A stretch of DNA of 64,000 bases, taken from positions 151,666 through 215,665 of the forward strand of contig JBMNOF010000001.1 of the NCBI GenBank assembly GCA_050942925.1. Reading direction: 5' to 3'. The notes beneath the pieces are model-generated. The model was given only the letters and a program-made list of their open reading frames with translations, made no database searches and was not told where the DNA came from. Of this stretch, positions 55,528 through 64,000 are shown one piece after another (positions within the stretch are counted from its first letter, which is position 1; the number at the start of each line of letters is the position of its first letter). This DNA is from Candidatus Spyradocola sp. (GTDB taxonomy: Bacteria; Bacillota; Clostridia; Christensenellales; UBA1750). The position numbers and the translations under genes are program-made.

Positions 55528-56550
55528 CTGAACATCTACGACATCTCGAAGCTGGCGGGCGTGTCGATCGCCACGGTCTCCCGCGTGATCAACGGCAGCG
55601 ACCGCGTCAGCCCGCGCACGCGGCAGAAGGTGCTGCGCGTCATCGAGGAAAACGGCTATACGCCCAACGCCTTTGCGCGGGGCCTGGGGCTGAACACCAT
55701 GCACACCATCGGCCTGCTCTGCGCGGACGCCGCGGACCCCTACCTCGCCCAGGCCGTCAACGACCTGGAGCGCCGCCTGCGCCAGAGCGGCTACGACAGC
55801 CTCCTGTGCTGCACGGGCTATGCGCAGGAGGCGAAGGAAAAGTACCTTTCGCTCCTCTTGTCCAAGCGCGTGGACGGCCTGGTGCTCGTGGGCTCCCACT
55901 TTGTGGAGCGCGAGGAGGACGGAAACGCCTATATCCGCCGCGCGGGGCAGGAGGTCCCGGTGATGCTCCTGGGCGGCATGCTGGAGGGGGAAAACCTCTT
56001 TGCCGTGCGCTGCGACGAGCGCGCGGCCATGCGCAGCGCTGTCCGGCGCCTGCTGGAAAGCGGCCGGAACGACGTGCTCTACCTCTACAATTCGATGTCC
56101 TTTTCCGGCCAGAACAAGCTGGCCGGCTATCGGGAAGGCTATGCGGACCTGGGCCGGCGCGCGCCGGAGAACCTGGCGCTCATGCTGGACGCCTATCGGT
56201 TCGACGTGCAGCAGGTGCGCGAGCTGCTCGCCAAGCGGTGGGACGAGGGCGCCCGCTTTGACGCGGTGCTCGCCGCCGACGACCGCCTGGCCGTGGGCGC
56301 GGTGAAGTTCGCCAAGGCGCGCGGGCTGCGCATTCCGCAGGACCTTTCCATCATCGGCTGCAACAACAGCCCCATCGCCCGCTACTGCGACCCGGAGCTC
56401 ACCAGCATCGACAACCGGCTCGGCGCGCTGTGCGCGCTGTGCGTGGACGAACTCATGGCGGTGCTGGAGGAAAAGCCTTGCCCTGCGTGCACGGTGCTTC
56501 CGGCCGCGCTCGTGGAGCGGGAATCTACCGACCTGACAAAGGAGGAATAA
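55528..56550 (+). CDS. LacI family regulator; likely a non-canonical CTG start
   Basis: The track ORF starts at GTG 55561 (VSIATVSRVING), which would remove helix 1 of the HTH. The in-frame upstream sequence reads L-NIYDISKLAG, with an SD-like AAGGGGG 7 nt (GCGGAAGGG spacer) before CTG 55528. No in-frame ATG, GTG or TTG is available. Confidence 0.7.
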   Translation: MNIYDISKLAGVSIATVSRVINGSDRVSPRTRQKVLRVIEENGYTPNAFARGLGLNTMHTIGLLCADAADPYLAQAVNDLERRLRQSGYDSLLCCTGYAQEAKEKYLSLLLSKRVDGLVLVGSHFVEREEDGNAYIRRAGQEVPVMLLGGMLEGENLFAVRCDERAAMRSAVRRLLESGRNDVLYLYNSMSFSGQNKLAGYREGYADLGRRAPENLALMLDAYRFDVQQVRELLAKRWDEGARFDAVLAADDRLAVGAVKFAKARGLRIPQDLSIIGCNNSPIARYCDPELTSIDNRLGALCALCVDELMAVLEEKPCPACTVLPAALVERESTDLTKEE

Positions 56551-56553
56551 ACG

Positions 56554-57957
56554 ATGGCCTTTTTGGACGAGGACTTCTTGCTCAAAACCCCTGCGGCGCG
56601 CATTCTCTATCACGATTACGCCGCGGATATGCCCATTTTGGACTACCATTGCCACTTGAGCCCCCAGGAGATCTACGAGAACCGCAGCTTCTCCAACATC
56701 GCGCAGGTTTGGCTGGGCGGCGACCACTACAAGTGGCGCCTCCTGCGCGCGGGCGGCGTGGAGGAAGCCTACATCACCGGCAACGCCTCGGACCGCGAGA
56801 AATTCCAGAAGTATGCGGAGGTGCTCTCGCGCTCCATCGGCAACCCGCTCTACCACTGGAGCCACCTGGAGCTCAAGCGCTACTTCGGCTTTGACGGGGT
56901 GCTCGGGCCGGACACCGCGCAGGAGGTCTGGGACCTGTGCGAGGAAAAGCTCCAGGGCGAGGACATGCGCGCCCGCGCCCTGATCGAGAAATCCAACGTC
57001 AAGCTCGTCTGCACCACGGACGACCCGGCGGACGACCTGAAGTTCCACCGCCTGCTCGCGGACGACGCGAGCTTCTCCGTGCGCGTGCTGCCCGCTTGGC
57101 GTCCGGACAAGGCCGTCGCCATCGAAAAGCCCGACTTCGCCGCCTATATCGCGCGCCTGGGCCAGGCCGCGGGCCGCGAAATCTCTTCCTTTGCGGACCT
57201 TATGGATGCGCTGCGGGCGCGAATGGACTTCTTCCACGAAAACGGCTGCCGCCTCTCGGACCACGGCCTGCTGCGCATGGTCTACCATCCCTTGCCGGAA
57301 GCGGAGGTCGAGGCCGCCTTTGCCGCGCGTCTGCGCGGCGAAACGCTCTCCCCCACGCAGGAGGACGGCTATAAGACCGCGCTGCTCCTCTTCCTTGGGC
57401 GCGAGTACGCCCGCCGCGATTGGGCCATGCAGCTCCACTACGGCGTCAAGCGCGACAACAACCGTGCCATGTACGAGGCCATTGGCCCGGATACGGGCTT
57501 TGACGCCATCGAGAATGTCACGCCCTCGGCGGCGCTGGCGGACTTCCTGGACGCCCTGGAGCGCACGGATGAGCTGCCCCGCACCCTCGTCTACAGCCTC
57601 AACCCCAGCGACGACGACGCCATCGACGCGATCCTCGGGTGCTTCCAGAAGGGACCGACCGTCTCCAAGATGCAGCACGGCTCCGCCTGGTGGTTCAACG
57701 ACCAGAAGCAGGGCATGGAAAAGCAGCTGACATCCCTGGCGAACAAGGGATACCTCGCCGGGTTTGTGGGCATGCTCACCGACAGCCGCTCCTTCCTCTC
57801 CTACCCCCGGCACGAGTACTTCCGCCGCGTGCTGTGCAACCTCCTCGGCTCCTGGATCGAGGAGGGCGAGTACCCCGCGGACTTGGCGCTCTGGGGCAGC
57901 GTCGTGCAGGACATCTCCTACAACAACGCCGCCGCCTACTTCCACTTCCCCGCGTAA
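56554..57957 (+). CDS. uxaC: Glucuronate isomerase
   Basis: MAFLDEDFLLKTPAARILYHDYAADMPILDYHCHLSPQEI... Confidence 0.95.
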   Translation: MAFLDEDFLLKTPAARILYHDYAADMPILDYHCHLSPQEIYENRSFSNIAQVWLGGDHYKWRLLRAGGVEEAYITGNASDREKFQKYAEVLSRSIGNPLYHWSHLELKRYFGFDGVLGPDTAQEVWDLCEEKLQGEDMRARALIEKSNVKLVCTTDDPADDLKFHRLLADDASFSVRVLPAWRPDKAVAIEKPDFAAYIARLGQAAGREISSFADLMDALRARMDFFHENGCRLSDHGLLRMVYHPLPEAEVEAAFAARLRGETLSPTQEDGYKTALLLFLGREYARRDWAMQLHYGVKRDNNRAMYEAIGPDTGFDAIENVTPSAALADFLDALERTDELPRTLVYSLNPSDDDAIDAILGCFQKGPTVSKMQHGSAWWFNDQKQGMEKQLTSLANKGYLAGFVGMLTDSRSFLSYPRHEYFRRVLCNLLGSWIEEGEYPADLALWGSVVQDISYNNAAAYFHFPA

Positions 57958-57966
57958 GGCGCGCGC

Positions 57967-58008
57967 CCGCGCTTCCCTTCGCTTCGCGCGGAAGGAAGCG
58001 CGGTTTTT
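57967..58008 (+). terminator. Intrinsic terminator
   Basis: CCGCGCTTCCcTTC...GAAGGAAGCGCGG followed by TTTTT. Confidence 0.75.
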
Positions 58009-58085
58009 AACCAATCCTTCATATGTTTTGGGCGTAGATCGGGTATAATAGAGGCGAATGATACCACCTGGAGGAGGGGCATGTC

Positions 58086-59942
58086 ATGTATTGCGTCAAA
58101 AATATCAAAGACGATATTTTTTGGGTAGGCGGCAACGACCGCCGGCTCGCGCTGTTTGAGAGCGTTTTTCCCATTCCGCGCGGCGTTTCCTACAACTCGT
58201 ACGTCGTTCTGGACGAGAAGACCGTGCTGCTGGATACGGTGGACAAGGCCGTAAGCGGCGTGTTCTTTGAGAACCTGGACCACGTTCTTGCCGGCCGCAA
58301 GCTGGACTATGTGATCGTCAACCACATGGAGCCGGACCACGCCGCAACGCTGGGCGAGCTGGTTCTGCGCCATCCCGAGGTGCAGGTGGTCTGCAACGCC
58401 AAGATCCAGGTGATGATCCGTCAGTTCTTTGACTTTGACATCGACGCCCGCGCGGTCGTCGTCAAGGAAGGGGATACGCTCTCCACGGGGCGGCACACCT
58501 TCACCTTTGTCATGGCTCCCATGGTCCATTGGCCGGAGGTCATGGTCACCTACGACGTGACGGACAAAATCCTCTTCTCCGCGGACGCCTTCGGCACCTT
58601 CGGCGCGCTCTCGGGCGGGATCTTTGCCGACGAGTACGACTTTGAGAACGAGTGGCTGCCCGACGCCCGCCGCTATTACACCAACATCGTGGGCAAGTAC
58701 GGCACGCAGGTGCAGGCCCTGCTCAAAAAGGCCTCCGGCATCGACATCGAGATGATCTGCCCCCTGCACGGCCCCGTCTGGCGCAAGAACATCAACTGGT
58801 TCCTCGACAAGTACATCCACTGGGCGAACTACATGCCCGAGGACAAGGCCGTCCTGATCGCCTACGCCTCGGTCTATGGCAACACGGAGAACGCCGCCGA
58901 GATCCTCGCCGCCCGCCTGAGCGACAGGGGCGTCAAGAACATCGCGCTCTACGACGTCTCCGTCACGCACCCTTCCGTCATCGTCGCGGAGGCCTTCCGG
59001 TGCAGCCACCTGGTCTTTGCCTCCACCACCTATAACGCCGGCATCTTCATCAACATGGAGACCGCCCTGCAGGACATCGTCGCCCACAACCTGCAGAACC
59101 GCACCGTCGCCCTGATCGAGAACGGCTCCTGGGCGCCGACCGCCGGCGGGCTCATGCGCGACCTGCTGGGCAAGCTCAAGAACATCACCTTCCTGGACGG
59201 CGACGTCACCGTCCGCTCTTCCGTCAAGGAGGCGCAGCGCGAGGCGCTGGACAAGCTCGCGGACGAGATCGCCTGCTCGGTCCTGCCCGAGGGCGCCTGC
59301 CCCAAGGCGGAGGTCGTCGAGCACAAGGTCGACCCCACGGCCCTGTTCAAGCTCTCCTACGGCCTGTTTGTGCTGACCGCCAAGGACGGTGGCCGCGACA
59401 ACGGCTGCATCATCAACACCGTGATGCAGATCACCGATACCCCCAAGCGCATCTCCATCGCGGTCAACAAGGCCAATCTCACCCACGACATGATCAAGAA
59501 GACCGGCGTGTTCAACATCTCGGTCCTTTCGCAGGACGCGCCGTTTAAGGTCTTCCAGCACTACGGCTTCCAGAGCGGCAAGAACGTGGACAAGTTCGAG
59601 GGCCACGCCGACTCCATGCCCCGCACGCAGAACGGCCTGATCTACCTTCCGGCCAGCTGCAACGCCGTGCTCTCCGGCAAGGTCGTGGCGACCCAGGAGT
59701 ATGAGACGCACACCGTCTTCTTTGCGGACGTGACCGAGGCGGCCGTGCTCTCCGACGTCCCGTCCATGACCTACGACTACTACTTCAGCCACGTCAAGCC
59801 CAAGCCGCAGCCCACTGCCGAAAAGAAGAAGGGCTGGGTCTGCAAGATCTGCGGCTACGTCTACGAGGGCGAGGTCCTGCCCCCCGACTTCATTTGCCCG
59901 CTGTGCAAACACGGCGCAGAGGACTTTGAGCCCCTGAGCTGA
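58086..59942 (+). CDS. Four-domain flavodiiron protein: metallo-beta-lactamase-like diiron, flavodoxin, flavin-reductase-like and rubredoxin domains
   Basis: The diiron motif is VNHMEPDH. The flavodoxin-like segment is VLIAYASVYGNTE. The flavin-reductase-like segment is LSYGLFVLTAKDGGRDNGCIINTV. The C-terminal rubredoxin is WVCKICGYVYEG...FICPLCKHG. Confidence 0.9.
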   Translation: MYCVKNIKDDIFWVGGNDRRLALFESVFPIPRGVSYNSYVVLDEKTVLLDTVDKAVSGVFFENLDHVLAGRKLDYVIVNHMEPDHAATLGELVLRHPEVQVVCNAKIQVMIRQFFDFDIDARAVVVKEGDTLSTGRHTFTFVMAPMVHWPEVMVTYDVTDKILFSADAFGTFGALSGGIFADEYDFENEWLPDARRYYTNIVGKYGTQVQALLKKASGIDIEMICPLHGPVWRKNINWFLDKYIHWANYMPEDKAVLIAYASVYGNTENAAEILAARLSDRGVKNIALYDVSVTHPSVIVAEAFRCSHLVFASTTYNAGIFINMETALQDIVAHNLQNRTVALIENGSWAPTAGGLMRDLLGKLKNITFLDGDVTVRSSVKEAQREALDKLADEIACSVLPEGACPKAEVVEHKVDPTALFKLSYGLFVLTAKDGGRDNGCIINTVMQITDTPKRISIAVNKANLTHDMIKKTGVFNISVLSQDAPFKVFQHYGFQSGKNVDKFEGHADSMPRTQNGLIYLPASCNAVLSGKVVATQEYETHTVFFADVTEAAVLSDVPSMTYDYYFSHVKPKPQPTAEKKKGWVCKICGYVYEGEVLPPDFICPLCKHGAEDFEPLS

Positions 59943-59959
59943 TCCACAGCCGTTCCCCC

Positions 59960-59999
59960 GCGGGGAGGGCGCGATTTTCGCGCCTTCCCCGCTTTTTTT
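59960..59999 (+). terminator. Intrinsic terminator
   Basis: GCGGGGAGGGCGCG-atttt-CGCGCCTTCCCCGC followed by T7. Confidence 0.85.
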
Positions 60000-60015
60000 G
60001 AAAGGAGGAGAAAAC

Positions 60016-60522
60016 ATGGAACCCTTTGCCCTGCGCGTCGGGAACTTTTCCTGGATCAACGGCGAGGCCGACGACCCCGAGGACGGCTGCCTGCACGGCC
60101 ACGCCGCCGCGCGCATTGCCGGCGAAACCGTGGAGTACGACTGCACGGTCAGCGCGGCCGCGCTCTACTTGCTCAAGTCCCTGACCGAGGACCACGTTCT
60201 GGGCGAGGGCGAACAGTTCTTTCCCTGCTGCGGCTTCTTCCTCGTGGCGGATGCGGCGGGGGAAAACGTGTCCATCATCGGCTGCGACAACGGCGCGGAC
60301 TGGACGGTTCGCCACGAGGGGGAGCGCGTCCGCCTGATCCTTCCGGACGGAAAGGAACAGATCGTGCCCCTGGAGGCCTACCGCGCCGAGGTCTTCGCCT
60401 TTGCGGACGCGGTCGAGGCCCAGTATCGGGCCTGCGCGCCCAAGATCCTGCCGGAGGACGAGTTCGACCGCCGCGGCTATGAGACGTTTTGGAAGGAGTG
60501 GCGCCGCCGCCGCGGAAAATGA
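60016..60522 (+). CDS. Hypothetical cytoplasmic protein (168 aa)
   Basis: MEPFALRVGNFSWINGEADDPEDGCLHGHAAARIAG...FFPCCGFFLV... SD GAAAGGAGGAG. I do not recognise any family. Confidence 0.6.
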   Translation: MEPFALRVGNFSWINGEADDPEDGCLHGHAAARIAGETVEYDCTVSAAALYLLKSLTEDHVLGEGEQFFPCCGFFLVADAAGENVSIIGCDNGADWTVRHEGERVRLILPDGKEQIVPLEAYRAEVFAFADAVEAQYRACAPKILPEDEFDRRGYETFWKEWRRRRGK

Positions 60523-60638
60523 GCGCGGACGCGCAGAAGGAGTGCGCGCGGACAAGGTCGAATTGAAAGAGAAAGAGGAGCGGCAGGGGCTTGGGCCCCG
60601 CAGAAAAAGTCCGCCGCTCGGACAAGGAGAGAAACGCT

Positions 60639-62639
60639 ATGGCCCTGTTCCGCAATGACAACGGCGTGCTCAAGTGCCGCTTCCTCGGGGAGAACCTCTG
60701 GCTCTTGCCCTGGGGACAGAATGCGCTGCGCGTCGTCTCCCGCCCCATGTGCGAGCCCGAGCTGCCGCTTTGGGCTCTGCTCGAGCCGAAGAACGGCCCC
60801 GTCTCCATCCGCATCGCGGAGCGCGAGGCGGCCATCACCGTCGGCTCCCTCACCGCAACCGTGCGCCGCATGGATTGGCCCGACCGCCTGGAGATCACCT
60901 ACACCAACGCCCGCGGCGAGGTGCTGCTGGCCGAGCGCCCCGGAACCGGCGCCCTCAACATCCAGCCCCGGTTCTTCAAGCCCATCGTCGCCGGGGACTT
61001 TAAGCTCACCGTGGGCTTTGCTGCGGACGACGACGAAAAGCTCTACGGCATGGGCCAGTACCAGCAGGACGTGCTCAACGTCAAGTATTCGACGTTCGAG
61101 CTCGCCCACCGCAACTCCCAGGCGAGCGTGCCCTTCGTGCTCTCCAGCAAGGGCTACGGCTTCCTCTGGCACAACCCCGCCATTGGCCGGGCGAGCTTCG
61201 GCCGCAACCTCATGGAGTGGTCCGCTGACAGCACCAAGCAGATGGACTACTGGATCTGCGCGGGCGATACCCCCCGCGACATCGAGCGCCAGTACGCCGA
61301 TGCCGTCGGCCACGCGCCCGAAATGCCCGAGTATGGCCTGGGCTTCTGGCAGTGCAAGCTCCGCTATTGGAACCAGGAGCAGCTGCTCAACGTCGCCCGG
61401 GAGTACCATCGCCGCGGCATCCCCGTGGATGTGATCGTCGTGGATTTCTTCCATTGGCCGCACATGGGCGACTTCCGCTTTGATGAGGAGTTCTGGCCCG
61501 ATCCCAAGGCCATGGTTGCGGAGCTCAAGAGCATGGGCATGGAGCTGATGGTCTCCGTTTGGCCGCAGATCTCCCTCAAGAGCGAGAACTTCCGCGAGAT
61601 GGACGAGGAGGGGTTCATCGCCCGCTGCGACAAGGGCATGAACTGCCAGATGCGCTTTGTGGACGAGGACGTCATGTTCTTTGACGCCACCAACCCCGAC
61701 GCCCGCGCCTACCTCTGGGGCAAGATCAAGAAGAACTACTACGACAACGGCGTGCGCGTCTTTTGGCTGGATGAGGCCGAGCCGGAATACGGCACCTATG
61801 ACTTTGACAACTACCGCTATTACTCCGGCACCGTCGCCCAGACCGGCAACCTCTACCCCCAGCTCTATGCCCGCACCTTCTACGACGGCATGAAGGGCGA
61901 GGGCCAGGAGAAGGTCGTCAACCTCCTGCGCTGCGCCTGGGCCGGCAGCGCCCGCTATGGCGCGCTGGTCTGGTCCGGAGACATCCACTCCGACTTTGCC
62001 ACCCTGCGCAAGCAGGTCTGCGCCGGCCTCAACATGGGCATCGCCGGCATTCCCTGGTGGACCACGGACATCGGCGGCTTCGCCGGCGGCGACCCCAAGG
62101 ACGAGGGCTTCCGCGAGCTGATCGTGCGCTGGTTCCAGTGGGGCGCGTTCTGCCCGGTCATGCGCCTGCACGGCAACCGCGTGCCCGATGAGCACATCTT
62201 CCGCAAGACCGGCGAGGAAGTGCTCCCCAGCGGCGCGGACAACGAGATCTGGTCCTTTGGCGACAAGGCCTACGGCATCCTCAAGAACCTCATCGACTTC
62301 CGCGAGGTCATGCGCCCCTACGTGCGCACCCTCATGCAGGCCGCGCACGAGGACGGCGCCCCCGTCATGCGCACCATGTTCTATGAGTTCCCCGAGGATG
62401 AGGCGACCTGGGAGCTGCGCGACCAGTACATGTTCGGGCCGGACGTGCTCGTGGCGCCCGTTCTCGACGCAGGCGCGGTGCAGCGCAAGGTCTACCTGCC
62501 CGCAGGCGCGCAGTGGACCGACCTGCACACCGGCAGCACCTATGCAGGCGGTGCGGAGATCCTGTGCGACGCGCCCCTGGAGCGCATCCCCGTCTTCCTC
62601 CGCGACGGCGCCCACAAGGACTGGATCGGCAAGATCTAA
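60639..62639 (+). CDS. GH31 family alpha-glycosidase (alpha-xylosidase/alpha-glucosidase-like)
   Basis: VFWLDEAEPE (nucleophile region), WSGDIHS and WWTTDIGGF. Confidence 0.9.
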   Translation: MALFRNDNGVLKCRFLGENLWLLPWGQNALRVVSRPMCEPELPLWALLEPKNGPVSIRIAEREAAITVGSLTATVRRMDWPDRLEITYTNARGEVLLAERPGTGALNIQPRFFKPIVAGDFKLTVGFAADDDEKLYGMGQYQQDVLNVKYSTFELAHRNSQASVPFVLSSKGYGFLWHNPAIGRASFGRNLMEWSADSTKQMDYWICAGDTPRDIERQYADAVGHAPEMPEYGLGFWQCKLRYWNQEQLLNVAREYHRRGIPVDVIVVDFFHWPHMGDFRFDEEFWPDPKAMVAELKSMGMELMVSVWPQISLKSENFREMDEEGFIARCDKGMNCQMRFVDEDVMFFDATNPDARAYLWGKIKKNYYDNGVRVFWLDEAEPEYGTYDFDNYRYYSGTVAQTGNLYPQLYARTFYDGMKGEGQEKVVNLLRCAWAGSARYGALVWSGDIHSDFATLRKQVCAGLNMGIAGIPWWTTDIGGFAGGDPKDEGFRELIVRWFQWGAFCPVMRLHGNRVPDEHIFRKTGEEVLPSGADNEIWSFGDKAYGILKNLIDFREVMRPYVRTLMQAAHEDGAPVMRTMFYEFPEDEATWELRDQYMFGPDVLVAPVLDAGAVQRKVYLPAGAQWTDLHTGSTYAGGAEILCDAPLERIPVFLRDGAHKDWIGKI

Positions 62640-62658
62640 TCCTCCCCTTTTCGCAAAG

Positions 62659-62700
62659 CAAGAGCCCGCAGAAGCGCAGTCTTCTGCGGGCTCTTGTTTT
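62659..62700. terminator. Terminator between convergent GH31 and AraC genes
   Basis: A 16-bp stem CAAGAGCCCGCAGAAG/CTTCTGCGGGCTCTTG followed by TTTT. Confidence 0.85.
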
Positions 62701-62714
62701 GCCTGGCCTGCCAC

Positions 62715-63611
62715 TCAGGAGGCCAGCACCTTGTCCCGGTACTCCAAGGGCGTCATGCCCGTGTGCTTTTTGAACGTGGAGGAAAAGTACATGGGGTTCT
62801 GATAGCCCACCTTCAACGCGATCTCGCTCACGCGCAGCGTCGTGTTCCGCAGAAGATCCTTCGCCCGCTCGATGCGCAGCTTCGTCTGATAGGCCAAGGG
62901 CGAGTACCCCACCTGCGCCTTGAACGTGCGGATGAAGTGCGAGGCGCTCATCTGCAGGCTTCGCGCCATCGCCTCCACGTCCAAGGAGGTCGTCAGATCG
63001 CTCTGGATGGCGTGCACCGCATAGGCGAGCGCCGCGGCCCCGCGTTCCGGCCGGTCGGAGGCCGCCTCGTCCGGCTCCGTGCTCGCGGGGCGAATTTCCC
63101 GCCAAGCGGCCGGCGCAAGGCGCGGCACAGACGCGGCCAGGAGCTGCATGAACAGCCCCAGGCTGTTGAGCGAGCGGTGCATGGCGTCCAGTTGCGAGGG
63201 CAGAGATTGGCGCAGGATGCCATCGAACAGGTGCAGCAGGTCCGCGCCCTCCCGGATTTGCAGGCAGAGCTGCCCCGAAAGCCCCATGTTCTCCAGCAGA
63301 CGGTCGCACCCGTATCCCCCAAAGGAGATCCAATAGGCGGTGCTCTGTCCGCCTTGCACAAAGTGCAGGTGGTATTCCTCCTCCGGCGGCAGGAGCAGGA
63401 GGCTTTCCCCCACGTACATGGCCTCGACCCGGTTGCGCACCAGGTACAGGCTGCCCTCCCGAATGTAGAGGAGCCGGTACTCCGCCTGCGCGGTCAGGGT
63501 CTGCGCATAGGCTTCCTCCCGAAGCTGAAGGAAGGAGATGTTGCTCAGGCGCAGATAGTCCCCCCAAGCGCCAGACGTGTCGGCCAGGCGGTGTTGAACG
63601 AGCAGTTTCAC
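62715..63611 (-). CDS. AraC family regulator (cupin sensor plus C-terminal HTH)
   Basis: The C-terminus reads SHFIRTFKAQVGYSPLAYQTKLRIERAKDLL...GYQNPMYFSSTFKKHTGMTPLEYR. I prefer GTG 63609-63611 with the SD GGGGAGGTGA. The track ORF runs to 63719. Confidence 0.8.
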   Translation of the reverse strand: MKLLVQHRLADTSGAWGDYLRLSNISFLQLREEAYAQTLTAQAEYRLLYIREGSLYLVRNRVEAMYVGESLLLLPPEEEYHLHFVQGGQSTAYWISFGGYGCDRLLENMGLSGQLCLQIREGADLLHLFDGILRQSLPSQLDAMHRSLNSLGLFMQLLAASVPRLAPAAWREIRPASTEPDEAASDRPERGAAALAYAVHAIQSDLTTSLDVEAMARSLQMSASHFIRTFKAQVGYSPLAYQTKLRIERAKDLLRNTTLRVSEIALKVGYQNPMYFSSTFKKHTGMTPLEYRDKVLAS

Positions 63612-64000
63612 GCTGGATTCACCTCCCCAGTTGTGTCCCTTACCTGTGTATATGTCCCCGAAACGGAAAATAGCACGCGAAAGATCAATTTTGTTAAGGG
63701 GGTTGGAGGGATGGTCCATACACAGAACGTCGAAAGAGCGTCTTTATCACTTCATGGATTATACACAATGTTATCACAGAATATTTACATTTTCAAGGGA
63801 TTTGCGGTTGATAAATTTACATAAATTCCCAATGTTAAGAAATGCGCACGCTTTGGCCGGGAAAGAAATGGCGGAACCGGAGGAAAAATGCAGAGAAAAG
63901 GATAGATGGTTTTGGGAGAGAATTTGCAGAAAAAGTGAGGAAACATTGCATTATATAGAAAAAGATATTTGAATTATTTGCATCAATTTCCTTGATAAAA

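Noticed and set aside
55498-60146. Minus-strand ORFs of 838 aa and 736 aa
   Set aside because: Antisense shadows of lacI-uxaC and of the flavodiiron gene.
60477-62714. 745-aa minus-strand ORF
   Set aside because: Antisense shadow of the GH31 gene.
63631-63972. 113-aa plus-strand ORF at the right edge
   Set aside because: It lies in an AT-rich intergenic-looking region upstream of the AraC gene. It has no SD and no recognisable similarity.

Overview
This 64-kb window is the chromosomal replication-origin region of a high-GC Firmicute. The B. subtilis-type parS, GGAGG Shine-Dalgarno (SD) sites and origin synteny suggest an Oscillospirales-like Clostridia; that assignment is inference. Left of about 14.7 kb every gene is on the minus strand: an amt-PII fusion, a DUF3793/DUF2325 pair, feoAB plus a small Cys-rich gene, spo0J-soj-noc, rsmG-mnmG-mnmE, and jag-yidC-yidD-rnpA-rpmH. 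To the right lie dnaA-dnaN-recF on the plus strand. They are followed by a 1.15-kb non-coding gap, not gyrBA. After the gap come:
- two GH130 phosphorylases
- a low-GC CarD-like cassette
- housekeeping genes (dipeptidase, two lepB, cimA)
- a sulfatase/MFS pair
- a 12-kb peptide uptake and degradation locus
- an SDR/TetR pair, yitT and an Lhr helicase
- a low-GC envelope-protein pair
- lacI-uxaC
- a four-domain flavodiiron protein
- GH31 with an AraC regulator

No rRNA, tRNA, CRISPR array or mobile element was seen. Many long ORFs in the track are antisense shadow ORFs typical of high GC.

The most interesting observations are:
- a second DnaA-box cluster with a DnaA-trio-like array downstream of recF
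- a shared palindromic operator linking feoAB to the DUF2325/DUF3793 pair
- the low-GC CarD-like cassette with two paralogous mini-proteins
- parS sites embedded in a terminator and in the noc leader
- a ridA frameshift in an A-run
- an in-frame Amt-PII fusion

I could not identify one clear-cut novel multi-gene system. The candidates are ranked by interest score.
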